Positions 1 through 7,640 of a DNA stretch of 30,753 nt are shown piece by piece. Below the pieces are notes generated by a model. That model was given only the letters and a program-made list of their open reading frames with translations, was not told the origin of the DNA and made no database searches. This stretch comes from a virus (lineage: Duplodnaviria; Caudoviricetes). Made by a program: the position numbers and the translations under genes. How positions within the stretch are numbered: the first letter of the stretch is position 1; every line of letters starts with the position of its first letter. The stretch lies in IMG/VR virus record IMGVR_UViG_3300009678_000118, positions 1-30,753 of that record; one strand, 5' to 3'.

Positions 1-1153
1 CCGCCTGGTCGCTGAGGCCCGCGAGGCGCAGCCACGCGGGCGTGTACACGCGCACGAGCCAGTCCGTCGCCATCCACGCGCGCCGTTCGTCGGCGTCCGG
101 ATCTCCTGCGGTGCCGATCAGCTCACGCGGAAACTCGCGCACGCGTAGATCCTCTGGCCACTCGTCGGGATTGCCGCCGTGGGCATCGAGGCGACTGCCG
201 GCGCGGTACGGGCGCACGCCGAGCGTGTGACCACCCTCGCTCGACCACTGCTCCTCGACCGGGCGCTTGCCGATTTGCTTCATGAAGAAGGCGACACCGG
301 TCTCGCGGCACTGGTCGCGGAGCGAGCGCGCCCAGGCGACGTTGAACGGCCGCGCGTGTGCGCCGCTCTCGCCGCCGACGATCACCCAGTCGATGCGGTC
401 GTCATAGGGAGGCTCGGTGTAGCCGCTGACCAGGTACGGCACCCGGTCGAGGTCGATGGGGCCGAGCAGCGGTTCGCAGGAGAGGAAGCGCACAGCCGCT
501 GGCGTCTGCAGGAGCAGCGGCGCGCGGACGTCGAGCCAGTGCTGATCCTCGACGCTGACGCCGAGCCAGACGTTTCGCAATGGCAACGAGTGGTGCCACT
601 CGTGCTCTTCGTCTTCGCACGTGATGTGCCGGTGCTCGTCAAAGAAGCGCGACATGCGCTCGGGTCGCTTCGTGAGCACCTGGAAGGCGTGCTGCCTGGC
701 GTGCGCCATCACTTGGAAGACGGCGTAGATGGCGTCGTCCGGTACGTCCTCATGGAACAGGTCGGCCATCGAGTCCACGAAGATGCGCGCTGGCTTCTTC
801 CAGTGCAGCGGCTGCGTCAGGCGACCGTCATCGAGCACCTGCACCGTGGAGAACGGGACGTCGTACTGCGGTGGAAGCGGGAGCTTCAGGCCGCGCTTGC
901 GCGCCTCGGCTGCCCACTGCGGACCGTGTAGGCCGAGGTCCTTCGCGACCTCCGGCCAGCCCTTGTCGTGAATGTGCTTCTCAAGGGTCTCGTCGAGGCA
1001 CACGGCCAGGCGGGCGGCGTCATGCTGGCCCTTGTAGCGCTTGTCGTGCAGCGCGAAGGCGTAGCAGTTGTCGCAGCCAGGAGACACACGCGTGCAACCT
1101 GTAGTGGGATTCCACGACCGGTCAGTCCACTGGATCGCGCTGAGGCCGGCCAT
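1..1153 (-). CDS. DUF5131 (phage Gp37/Gp68 family, three-Cys radical-SAM-like) protein, 3'-truncated by window edge
   Basis: Absent from the ORF track because there is no stop inside the window. Hand translation from ATG 1153 (TGATG overlap with the upstream gene): MAGLSAIQWTDRSWNPTTGCTRVSPGCDNCYA...PLHWKKPARIFVDSMADLFHEDVP...FQVLTKRPERM...NVWLGVSVEDQ...RFLSCEPLLGPIDL...IDWVIVGGESG...FFMKQIG...EWPEDLRVREFP, all hallmark family motifs. Confidence 0.92.
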   Translation of the reverse strand, partial: MAGLSAIQWTDRSWNPTTGCTRVSPGCDNCYAFALHDKRYKGQHDAARLAVCLDETLEKHIHDKGWPEVAKDLGLHGPQWAAEARKRGLKLPLPPQYDVPFSTVQVLDDGRLTQPLHWKKPARIFVDSMADLFHEDVPDDAIYAVFQVMAHARQHAFQVLTKRPERMSRFFDEHRHITCEDEEHEWHHSLPLRNVWLGVSVEDQHWLDVRAPLLLQTPAAVRFLSCEPLLGPIDLDRVPYLVSGYTEPPYDDRIDWVIVGGESGAHARPFNVAWARSLRDQCRETGVAFFMKQIGKRPVEEQWSSEGGHTLGVRPYRAGSRLDAHGGNPDEWPEDLRVREFPRELIGTAGDPDADERRAWMATDWLVRVYTPAWLRLAGLSDQA

Positions 1154-2013
1154 CAGAAGGGCAGCGCTTCCGTGGCCGGGCGGAGCGTGGCGCTGTCTGG
1201 TGACAGGTCGCGCATGATCGCCGCGATGGCCTCGTGGGTGCGGTCTTCCTCCCAGGTGACTTCGAGCGGCATGAGGAACGCGGTGAACGCGTCGTGCTCA
1301 GGTGCGGTGGTGAAGAACGCGGCCAGTTGTCCGCCTTCGAGCATGTACCAGCGCACGATGCCGGGCGCCTGGTCCTTGGCGACGATCTCCGCTTTGGCGA
1401 CGAGCTCCATGAACTCGGGGCGCATCGCGAAGTACGGCTCGAACTGCTCCGGGCGCTTGTAGTCGATCAGCGCCTGGTAGTCCGGGTAGGTCGCGGGGTC
1501 CATGCCCTCGCACGAGTAGGTGATGATCCGCGAGCCGTGCTCGTAGCGGAGGTTGAACAGGCGCGGGAGCTTCTCGCCTTCGCCGGCGACGAAGTCCATC
1601 TGCACGTCGCCGAGGGTGTCGTCTTTCGACGGCTTCGGGATCATGCCCAGGATGCGCGCGGCATCGTAGGCGGGCATGAGGAACGAGCCGCCCGACTCGG
1701 ACTCGCAACGGATCTTCTGCACGCCGAGCGTGTAGCCATCGGCTGCAGCGCCGACCGCCCACGAGGGCGCGATGGTGATGTGCACGGCGTCGAGCTGTGG
1801 TGGCGCCTGCTTGCCGCTCGCCGTGAACAGCAGGCAGCGCGCGAGCAGCGCGCGCAGGTCCTCGCCGTGCATGGAGAAGGTGACGACACGCCTCTCGCCG
1901 GCGAGTTGCTCGACGAGCTCGCGCAGCGTCTCGGCCGTGCCCTGGCCGTACTCGATCTCACCATCCGCACCGACGGTCGCATGGATCGTCGGGACGGTGT
2001 CTTCGTCTGCCAC
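1153..2013 (-). CDS. DNA polymerase III beta-clamp-like protein (phage-encoded)
   Basis: 286 aa. AADGYTL resembles ATDGHRL, YPDYQALI resembles YPDYxRVI, and FLMPL resembles LIMPV of DnaN. GGGGG SD before the GTG. Confidence 0.7.
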   Translation of the reverse strand: MADEDTVPTIHATVGADGEIEYGQGTAETLRELVEQLAGERRVVTFSMHGEDLRALLARCLLFTASGKQAPPQLDAVHITIAPSWAVGAAADGYTLGVQKIRCESESGGSFLMPAYDAARILGMIPKPSKDDTLGDVQMDFVAGEGEKLPRLFNLRYEHGSRIITYSCEGMDPATYPDYQALIDYKRPEQFEPYFAMRPEFMELVAKAEIVAKDQAPGIVRWYMLEGGQLAAFFTTAPEHDAFTAFLMPLEVTWEEDRTHEAIAAIMRDLSPDSATLRPATEALPF

Positions 2014-2086
2014 TTACCGTTCCCCCTTGCCCCGGATCGGTGGCCCCCGCCTACCAACCCACCGGGAAACGGACTGCTCCTTGAAC

Positions 2087-2162
2087 TGGTTGCGGACCGT
2101 GGAGTCGAACCACGCTCTCTGGCTTATGAGGCCAGCGACTGACACCGGTTGTCTTGTCCGCG
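2087..2162 (-). tRNA. tRNA-Met(CAT), initiator (fMet)-type, CCA encoded
   Basis: CGCGGAC AA GAC AACCGGTGTCA GTC G CTGGC CT CAT AA GCCAG AGAG CGTGG TTCGACT CCACG GTCCGCA A CCA: complete cloverleaf, with the C1:A72 mismatch and A11:U24 pair typical of initiator tRNAs. Confidence 0.88.
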
Positions 2163-2245
2163 ATCTCCTTTTGGGGTGCTCCACCCCGATAGCCCCTCGT
2201 CCGTTGCCAGCAGTCGCCGGGAGCTACCCGGCTGCGAACAAAGGG

Positions 2246-2419
2246 CTATCGGGAACGCGTAGCACGACCCTTCCGTCTGGCCTGCCTCTCTCGCTTCCTC
2301 GCTGCGCGACCACTGGACTCACCGGCAGGCGCGCGCGCCGGCGAGTCCAGTGCCACCGCTCCGTGATTGGCCGTCCCGAAGGGGACGCGGCTGTTGCGAT
2401 AGATGCTCACCGCGGTCAT
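2246..2419 (-). CDS. small basic hypothetical protein (57 aa)
   Basis: MTAVSIYRNSRVPFG...RAARKRERQARRKGRATRSR; ATGA overlap with the upstream stop at 2416. Confidence 0.55.
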   Translation of the reverse strand: MTAVSIYRNSRVPFGTANHGAVALDSPARAPAGESSGRAARKRERQARRKGRATRSR

Positions 2420-3081
2420 GCGCTCACTGCCTCGTTGCGGATGCCGTTGGCGTGGTCGGTGCACGCACTGAACAGCGCCTCGAGCCCGCCGGCGTAGTCC
2501 AGCAGCACCTCGAGCGGCTCGTCGTAGCCGATACCGGCGACCTGGCGTGCGGTCGTGGTGTTGATGCGGTGCTTGCGCCAGAGCGCGTTCTGGAACGCCT
2601 GCAGGCTCATGAAGGACCCGAGGCGCGGGTCGCGCGCACTCGGCCGCGCAGGCGTCGACACGACGCGATCGCCGGACGTGCTGCCCTCTGGATGGAGAGG
2701 ACTGCTCGCTTCCAGCACGTCCGGCTCTCGATCGGCCCCCGCCGCATCGACGCCTGCTGCCTCCGAATGCATCTCGCGCACCACCTCGAGCACGTCGGTG
2801 TGTTGCGCCGCCGCCTCACTGGATCCCTCCCCGGGCCCCTGGCTACTCGGCGACGCAGCAGGCGAGGCGAGCGGCATCGAGGGCGCTGCATGACCACCAC
2901 CCTCAACGACTCGAGCGCTCGTCTCCCCTGCTGCTGTCGCCGATGCGTGCGCGCGTTTCGCGGCCTCGCGCAGTTGCTCTTTGCTCACTGGCTTCCGTGA
3001 GTCGTAGACGACGACCGTGTGATCGCTCGCCCGATGGCGACGCGGGATCGCGGAGCACGTGCAGCGCGTTGAGCCGCTCAT
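2416..3081 (-). CDS. hypothetical early protein (221 aa)
   Basis: ATGA-coupled on both sides; low-complexity middle, ordered C-terminal part. Confidence 0.6.
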   Translation of the reverse strand: MSGSTRCTCSAIPRRHRASDHTVVVYDSRKPVSKEQLREAAKRAHASATAAGETSARVVEGGGHAAPSMPLASPAASPSSQGPGEGSSEAAAQHTDVLEVVREMHSEAAGVDAAGADREPDVLEASSPLHPEGSTSGDRVVSTPARPSARDPRLGSFMSLQAFQNALWRKHRINTTTARQVAGIGYDEPLEVLLDYAGGLEALFSACTDHANGIRNEAVSA

Positions 3082-3542
3082 GCGAGTGCCGCCGCCATCT
3101 CTTCGGACTGCGCGGCGTCGTCACGTGCTTCGACTGCTGTCGCCGCCAGTGGCGTGACGCGCCGCGCGATCACCGCCTCGTGCTCCGCGCCTTCCGGCGT
3201 CTGCGCGAAGAGCCGCGCGCCCAGTGCGCCGAGCGTGTCCTCGATGCGGCTCAGCTCGTGCAGGAGCGCTTCGGGCTTGGCGCCCTCCAGCTCCATGCGC
3301 GCAAGCGCCGCGGTCTGTCGCGCGAGGCGCAACGTGTCGGGCTGCACGCCCTCGTACGCGTTGCGGTCCCACATGCCCACGAGCTCACGCGTGAGCGGGT
3401 TCTCCGGCGCCGGCTTCGGCCTCGCGAAGTGGCCGCGAGCAGCTTCGATGATGCCGATCGTCATGAAGGCCAGCCCGGCGGTGCCGGCGACGCCGAACGC
3501 GACCATCACCCTGGCCGGGATCTCCACGGTTCCGTCGATCAT
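3078..3542 (-). CDS. hypothetical membrane-anchored protein (154 aa)
   Basis: N-terminal hydrophobic segment VMVAFGVAGTAGLAFMTIGII; coupled start/stop overlaps. Confidence 0.65.
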   Translation of the reverse strand: MIDGTVEIPARVMVAFGVAGTAGLAFMTIGIIEAARGHFARPKPAPENPLTRELVGMWDRNAYEGVQPDTLRLARQTAALARMELEGAKPEALLHELSRIEDTLGALGARLFAQTPEGAEHEAVIARRVTPLAATAVEARDDAAQSEEMAAALA

Positions 3543-3748
3543 GTGAGCACCCCCCTTGGCGCAGTGACTGGGAGGTAGGCGACCGGCACCTCGTCTTGCG
3601 GCTGGCCGTCACGCCTGGCGGCGTGGACCATCGCCCAGCCGACTGCTGCGTTCTGGTCGAAGGTGGCCGGCATCGCGCCGTGCTCGCTGCACAGCGGCTC
3701 GTACATGAGTCCCGCCGTCGTCTGGATCTCGAGCACGCTGACGGTCAT
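3539..3748 (-). CDS. hypothetical protein (69 aa)
   Basis: MTVSVLEIQTTAGLMYEPLCSEHG...; ATG at 3748 overlaps the upstream TGA. Confidence 0.6.
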   Translation of the reverse strand: MTVSVLEIQTTAGLMYEPLCSEHGAMPATFDQNAAVGWAMVHAARRDGQPQDEVPVAYLPVTAPRGVLT

Positions 3749-3870
3749 CGACGCGCCCGCTTGCGCTCGATGAGCGCCCAGGCGGCGCAGAGCGTGACAC
3801 CCAGCGACACCGGGATGCCGACTGACTGCCACGCCGCCACGTATTGCGCGATCCCTTCCTGCCAGTTCAC
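3745..3870 (-). CDS. small membrane peptide (41 aa)
   Basis: GTG 3870: MNWQEGIAQYVAAWQSVGIPVSLGVTLCAAWALIERKRARR; one TM helix plus basic tail; GTGA overlap. Confidence 0.55.
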   Translation of the reverse strand: MNWQEGIAQYVAAWQSVGIPVSLGVTLCAAWALIERKRARR

Positions 3871-3947
3871 CGGGTGACCTCGCGATACGCCTGGTAGAGC
3901 GCGACGAGCACGATCACCAGCGGCGGGATGATCAGGATGTCTGTCAT
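3867..3947 (-). CDS. small membrane peptide (26 aa)
   Basis: MTDILIIPPLVIVLVALYQAYREVTR; exactly bridges the flanking genes through ATGA/GTGA overlaps; GAGGT SD upstream. Confidence 0.5.
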   Translation of the reverse strand: MTDILIIPPLVIVLVALYQAYREVTR

Positions 3948-4117
3948 GCGGCACCTCGGTGCTGTTGCATGTAGGCGCTGTGCTGCGGGCAGCGGTGGTC
4001 GAACGTGCCGCGGCAGTCGCACTCGTGCTTGTGGAGCTCGACCTTCAGCTGGTCGAGCTCCACACGGTCTCCGCCGACCTCGTAGAGCACGCCTTCGCGT
4101 GGGAGGCGGGCGTTCAC
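3944..4117 (-). CDS. hypothetical Cys/His protein (57 aa)
   Basis: GTG 4117 overlaps the Cro stop; contains HECDCRGTFDHRCPQH. Confidence 0.55.
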   Translation of the reverse strand: MNARLPREGVLYEVGGDRVELDQLKVELHKHECDCRGTFDHRCPQHSAYMQQHRGAA

Positions 4118-4368
4118 GCCGCCGCTCCCTGCGCCTTGCGGCGCTTGCACGCCTTCAGCGCTGCCCGGTAGGACGCGATGCCCTGCCCGTGAGGGAGCGA
4201 GCCGCGCCCGTTGATGAACTTGCTCAGCGCCGAAGGGTCGCAGCCCAGTTCCTGCGCTATCTCGTACGCGTACACTCGGGGCGGAGCCATCTGCTCGCCT
4301 AGAAGGCCCGCGATCTCTCCCGAGGTCGGCGCTTCTTGCGATCTTTCAACAGACTTGCGAACAGACAC
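4114..4368 (-). CDS. Cro-like XRE helix-turn-helix regulator
   Basis: YAYEIAQELGCDPSALSKFINGRGSLP HTH; first gene of the leftward early operon, divergent from the repressor. Confidence 0.8.
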   Translation of the reverse strand: MSVRKSVERSQEAPTSGEIAGLLGEQMAPPRVYAYEIAQELGCDPSALSKFINGRGSLPHGQGIASYRAALKACKRRKAQGAAA

Positions 4369-4421
4369 CCGGTTTTCGGCCCCTTCGGCACACCGGCGTG
4401 AGCAGGTGCGCCTGACAGCAG

Positions 4422-4472
4422 CAAGTTGTTGGAGGGAACATACAGTTCACTGCATGGTAAGTCAACAAGTTG
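4422..4472. promoter_or_regulatory. candidate repressor operators CAAC-N2-GTTG
   Basis: Perfect CAACAAGTTG at 4463-4472 overlaps the -35. One-mismatch CAAGTTGTTG at 4422-4431 lies just downstream of the -10. Confidence 0.5.
4437..4465 (-). promoter_or_regulatory. sigma70-type early lytic promoter (PR-like)
   Basis: TTGACT-17 bp-TATGTT on the minus strand, pointing into cro. Confidence 0.7.
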
Positions 4473-4490
4473 CGGGCCACATTCCCCTCC

Positions 4491-4946
4491 GTGCCGAGGA
4501 ATCAGGTGCCCGGGCTGGGCGTCATTGTGGAAGCGCGTCGGCGCGACCTTGGCATGTCGATGGAGGCACTCGCTGAGGCCTCTGGCTTGGCTGTTGGCAC
4601 TATTCGGAACATCGAGCGAGGTAGCGCGCCCAACGTCGGCAACCTCCGAGCGCTCGCGGCTGCGCTCTACACGACCGTGGCAGTTCTACTCGGCGAGGGT
4701 GCGCCGGCTATCGAAGATGAGGTGCCTGGCTGGTCGACGCTTCGGCCCGCCGAGCAACGCGCCGTGCTTACGCTGGTGCGCGCGCTCGCGGAAGCACGGA
4801 CTGAACCCCTTCGTCGCGTAGCTGAAACACCAGGCACCTACCAAGGGGCGTCAGCCGCTGCGCAGCGACGGCTGCAGGCCGACATCGCGCGTTCCGAGCC
4901 GCAACCACGAACCTCGCGGCAGCCGAGGCGGCGGAGCGGCGCTTAG
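4491..4946 (+). CDS. CI-like XRE-family repressor
   Basis: LGVIVEARRRDLGMSMEALAEASGLAVGTIRNIERGSAPNVGNLRALAAAL = HTH_XRE; no S24 peptidase domain. Start is GTG 4491 (possibly leaderless, CACATT 7 nt upstream) or TTG 4470. Confidence 0.85.
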   Translation: MPRNQVPGLGVIVEARRRDLGMSMEALAEASGLAVGTIRNIERGSAPNVGNLRALAAALYTTVAVLLGEGAPAIEDEVPGWSTLRPAEQRAVLTLVRALAEARTEPLRRVAETPGTYQGASAAAQRRLQADIARSEPQPRTSRQPRRRSGA

Positions 4947-5009
4947 CCGTTCTGACGCGTTCTTTATGCGGCTTCGGTCAGGCTGCGGGGCGCGTGGATC
5001 GGGGGAACG

Positions 5010-5663
5010 ATGGCAGCGCTGTGGTCACGCTTCTGGGGCCTCAAGTGGTGGATCAAGTGGCCGGTGATTTCCGTTGTGCTCCTCATTATCCTGGGTGCAC
5101 TGCTTCCCGAACCGCCTGAAGAGGCCCGCACGGCCGCGAGCGCGGCTGGCACCGCGTCAGCGGGTGAGCAACAGCAAGCACCGCAGTCGGCGCTCTCCCT
5201 CGAAGAACGTGTGGCCAAGTCGTATCGCGACAACCGCGGCTTCATGGTCCGCGCGGTGAACGACAACCTGAAGGTGGAGTGGTGGCCGGAACTTGAGGGC
5301 CTACTGAAAGTCGACGTTCATCCCGAGCTTCTAAACGAGGCTGACGCTCTCACCGTGACCTCGCACGTCGCGCTGGTCGCGAGTAAGGCCGTCTGGTCGA
5401 CGTACCCCGAAGTCCAGGAGTTGCAGGTATCGACGCTTGCAGTGTTCACCGACAACGTCGGTGCCAAGAACACTTTCCCGGCAGCAACGATCCGGATCCT
5501 GCGGCCGACCGGGGAGCGCTTCCAGTACGACGGACTCAAAGACCGCGTGATCGTCGACAACAAGATGCTCTTCTGCACCGCCGATCATTACCAGCTGCAT
5601 CCGTCCGTCTTCGCGTCGCTCGGCAGCAAGGGCTGCCTCGTCGAGTGGGGCGTCGCGAAGTAG
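5010..5663 (+). CDS. membrane-anchored extracytoplasmic protein (lysogenic conversion / superinfection-exclusion candidate)
   Basis: N-terminal TM WWIKWPVISVVLLIILGALL, Ala/Gln linker, globular C-domain; lies within the lysogeny operon; GGGGG SD. Confidence 0.7.
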   Translation: MAALWSRFWGLKWWIKWPVISVVLLIILGALLPEPPEEARTAASAAGTASAGEQQQAPQSALSLEERVAKSYRDNRGFMVRAVNDNLKVEWWPELEGLLKVDVHPELLNEADALTVTSHVALVASKAVWSTYPEVQELQVSTLAVFTDNVGAKNTFPAATIRILRPTGERFQYDGLKDRVIVDNKMLFCTADHYQLHPSVFASLGSKGCLVEWGVAK

Positions 5664-5728
5664 AGCCGTCGCGGACTTAGAGATCACGGCTCCGCGGTGC
5701 TACACCGTCTCGCGCGGAGCGGGCGGGG

Positions 5729-6148
5729 GTGGTGGTGCGGGACGTCCGTGTCCTGGCTCAGGCATTGGCCGGCGAGTTTGGCAGCCCGATCCGGGCCGCC
5801 GACGAGCTGCGCTTCTTCCTGCGCCGCGCGGACCTCGACCCCGCCGACCGCGCCATTTACCTCCCGCCCGCTCCGCATGTTGCTCGACCGGGACTGCTGC
5901 TTGCTCGACTGGTGAGCGGCTGGCAGCGCGAGCGGTTCGTCACGCTGGCTGTCGGCCATCACGTGCTGCGGCACCGGGATCTCGAGCACTACACCTATGG
6001 CCCCGACGGACCACTGTTCGACTCCCCACTCGAAGCCGCGGAGGCTGACCACTTCGCCGGAGTGTTCATCCAGCACTGCCGCGGCTACAACGGGTCGCGC
6101 TTTACGCGGTTCGTTGATGTAGATTCCGCGCGGTCCGCTCGGCGCTAG
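5729..6148 (+). CDS. ImmA/IrrE (DUF955)-like protein with degenerate metal site
   Basis: RERFVTLAVGHHVLRH...EAAEADHFAGVFI matches the RxRFTLAHELGH...ExEANxFA pattern except at HE; typical position between repressor and integrase. Confidence 0.7.
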   Translation: MVVRDVRVLAQALAGEFGSPIRAADELRFFLRRADLDPADRAIYLPPAPHVARPGLLLARLVSGWQRERFVTLAVGHHVLRHRDLEHYTYGPDGPLFDSPLEAAEADHFAGVFIQHCRGYNGSRFTRFVDVDSARSARR

Positions 6149-6156
6149 GAACCTCC

Positions 6157-7638
6157 GTGAGGGCTGCCGGCTACTTTCGGGTGTCGACTGAGCAGCAGGC
6201 ATCGGCCGACCGCAACTCGCTCGACCTCCAGGCGGCAGCGTTTCGCGCACGATGCGCTGAGCGCGGATACGAGGTCGCTGGCACGTTCAGTGATGTGATG
6301 AGCGGCCGCAAGAACGCGCGACCTGAGTACCAGCGACTGCTCGCGGCCGCGCGTGCGGGGGCGTTCGATGTGATCGTGGTGACCTGGCTCGACCGGTTCG
6401 GTCGCAACGACCGCGAGATCACGATGCGCGTGCTCGAGCTGCAGGATGCCGGGATCACGGTCGAACCGACGGAAGAGGCGATCCCGGACTTCATCACCCT
6501 CGTCCTGCAAGCGTGGAAGGCCGGCCAGGAGGTCGAGCGAATCGCTGCACGGACGTCCGACGGGCTGTTAGCTGCAGCGTCAAAGGGTGCGGCCCTGGGG
6601 AAAGCGGCCTTCGGTTATCGCCGGCGGTGGGACCTCGACCAGGACGACCGGCGGGTGAACTTCCGATTCGAGATTTTCGAGCCGGAAGCGCGCCTGGTCC
6701 GGTGGGTGTTCGAGCAGTACACCTTCCACAACGCCTCGCTCCGCGGGCTGTGCTACGCGCTGCAGCAGCAGGCGGGGCCGCATCTGCACGGGCTGTGGGT
6801 GCCACGAGAAGTGGCGATGCTGCTCGATCGCGAGCGGTACACGGGGGTCTACACGTACAACGCGCGTGCGAACTCGCGGCGTGCGGCCGTCGAGGTCCGC
6901 ATCCCTGGCGCGATCCCGGCGATCATCTCGCGCGACCTCTTCGACGCCGCCCAGGCTCGCCGGCACACGAAGGCGGCGCTCCCTGCTGGTCGGACGCAGA
7001 CGAGCACGTTCCTGCTGTCCGGGATCCTGAAGTGCGGGCACTGCGGCGGCCCGATGCACGGGGCCCAGAACTGGCAGCGTCGTAAGCGCGACCGGACCGG
7101 TGAGCGCGTGCAATACCCGTTCTACTCGTGCGGCTGGCACCGTCGACAGCGCGGCTGCGAGTTCCTGAACCTACACATGACACATGTCCTCGACGAGGCT
7201 GTCGTGGCGTTCCTCGAGGATGTCGCCGGCAACGTGGCACGCGTCCGAGACGAGATCGGCGAGCGGTCGACGCTCGCCCAGGTGCAGCTACTCGACGTGA
7301 AGAAGGCGCTCGCCGAAGTCGATGCGAAGTTCGAGCGCACGATGCGGCTATTCTTCGCCGGCTCCATCAGCTCGGAGGAACAGCTCGGCGCGACGAACCG
7401 GATCCTCGACGGCGAGAAGCGCCGACTGACGCTGGAACGTGACCGGCTGCTCGAGGCGATCGCGGCGACGGCCGCACGCCAGCGAGAGGTCGCGGAGCTG
7501 CCTGAGGACATGGGTGTGATTGTGGATCCGCGCGCCTCAATCCAAGACCGCAAGACGCTCGTGCAGCGCTACATTGCGCGGGTCGAGGTTTGGAACGGCG
7601 AACCGATCCCGAGGATCTACCCACGCTTCTTCGAGTGA
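6157..7638 (+). CDS. int: large serine recombinase (integrase)
   Basis: YFRVST catalytic Ser, DRFGR, recombinase domain (FGYRR, YTG, PAIISRDLFDAAQ), Zn-ribbon LLSGILKCGHCGGPM...YSC...C, coiled coil. Confidence 0.95.
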   Translation: MRAAGYFRVSTEQQASADRNSLDLQAAAFRARCAERGYEVAGTFSDVMSGRKNARPEYQRLLAAARAGAFDVIVVTWLDRFGRNDREITMRVLELQDAGITVEPTEEAIPDFITLVLQAWKAGQEVERIAARTSDGLLAAASKGAALGKAAFGYRRRWDLDQDDRRVNFRFEIFEPEARLVRWVFEQYTFHNASLRGLCYALQQQAGPHLHGLWVPREVAMLLDRERYTGVYTYNARANSRRAAVEVRIPGAIPAIISRDLFDAAQARRHTKAALPAGRTQTSTFLLSGILKCGHCGGPMHGAQNWQRRKRDRTGERVQYPFYSCGWHRRQRGCEFLNLHMTHVLDEAVVAFLEDVAGNVARVRDEIGERSTLAQVQLLDVKKALAEVDAKFERTMRLFFAGSISSEEQLGATNRILDGEKRRLTLERDRLLEAIAATAARQREVAELPEDMGVIVDPRASIQDRKTLVQRYIARVEVWNGEPIPRIYPRFFE

Positions 7639-7640
7639 CT

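Noticed and set aside
179-931. 250-aa plus-strand ORF and the many other long opposite-strand ORFs across the window
   Set aside because: Shadow frames of high-GC genes; the opposite strand carries clear family motifs (here DUF5131).
2030-2086. tRNA-associated HDV-like (theta) ribozyme after the tRNA(CAT)
   Set aside because: The trailer GTTCAAG has no complementary P1 strand nearby and I could not build the nested double pseudoknot; only a simple hairpin is evident.
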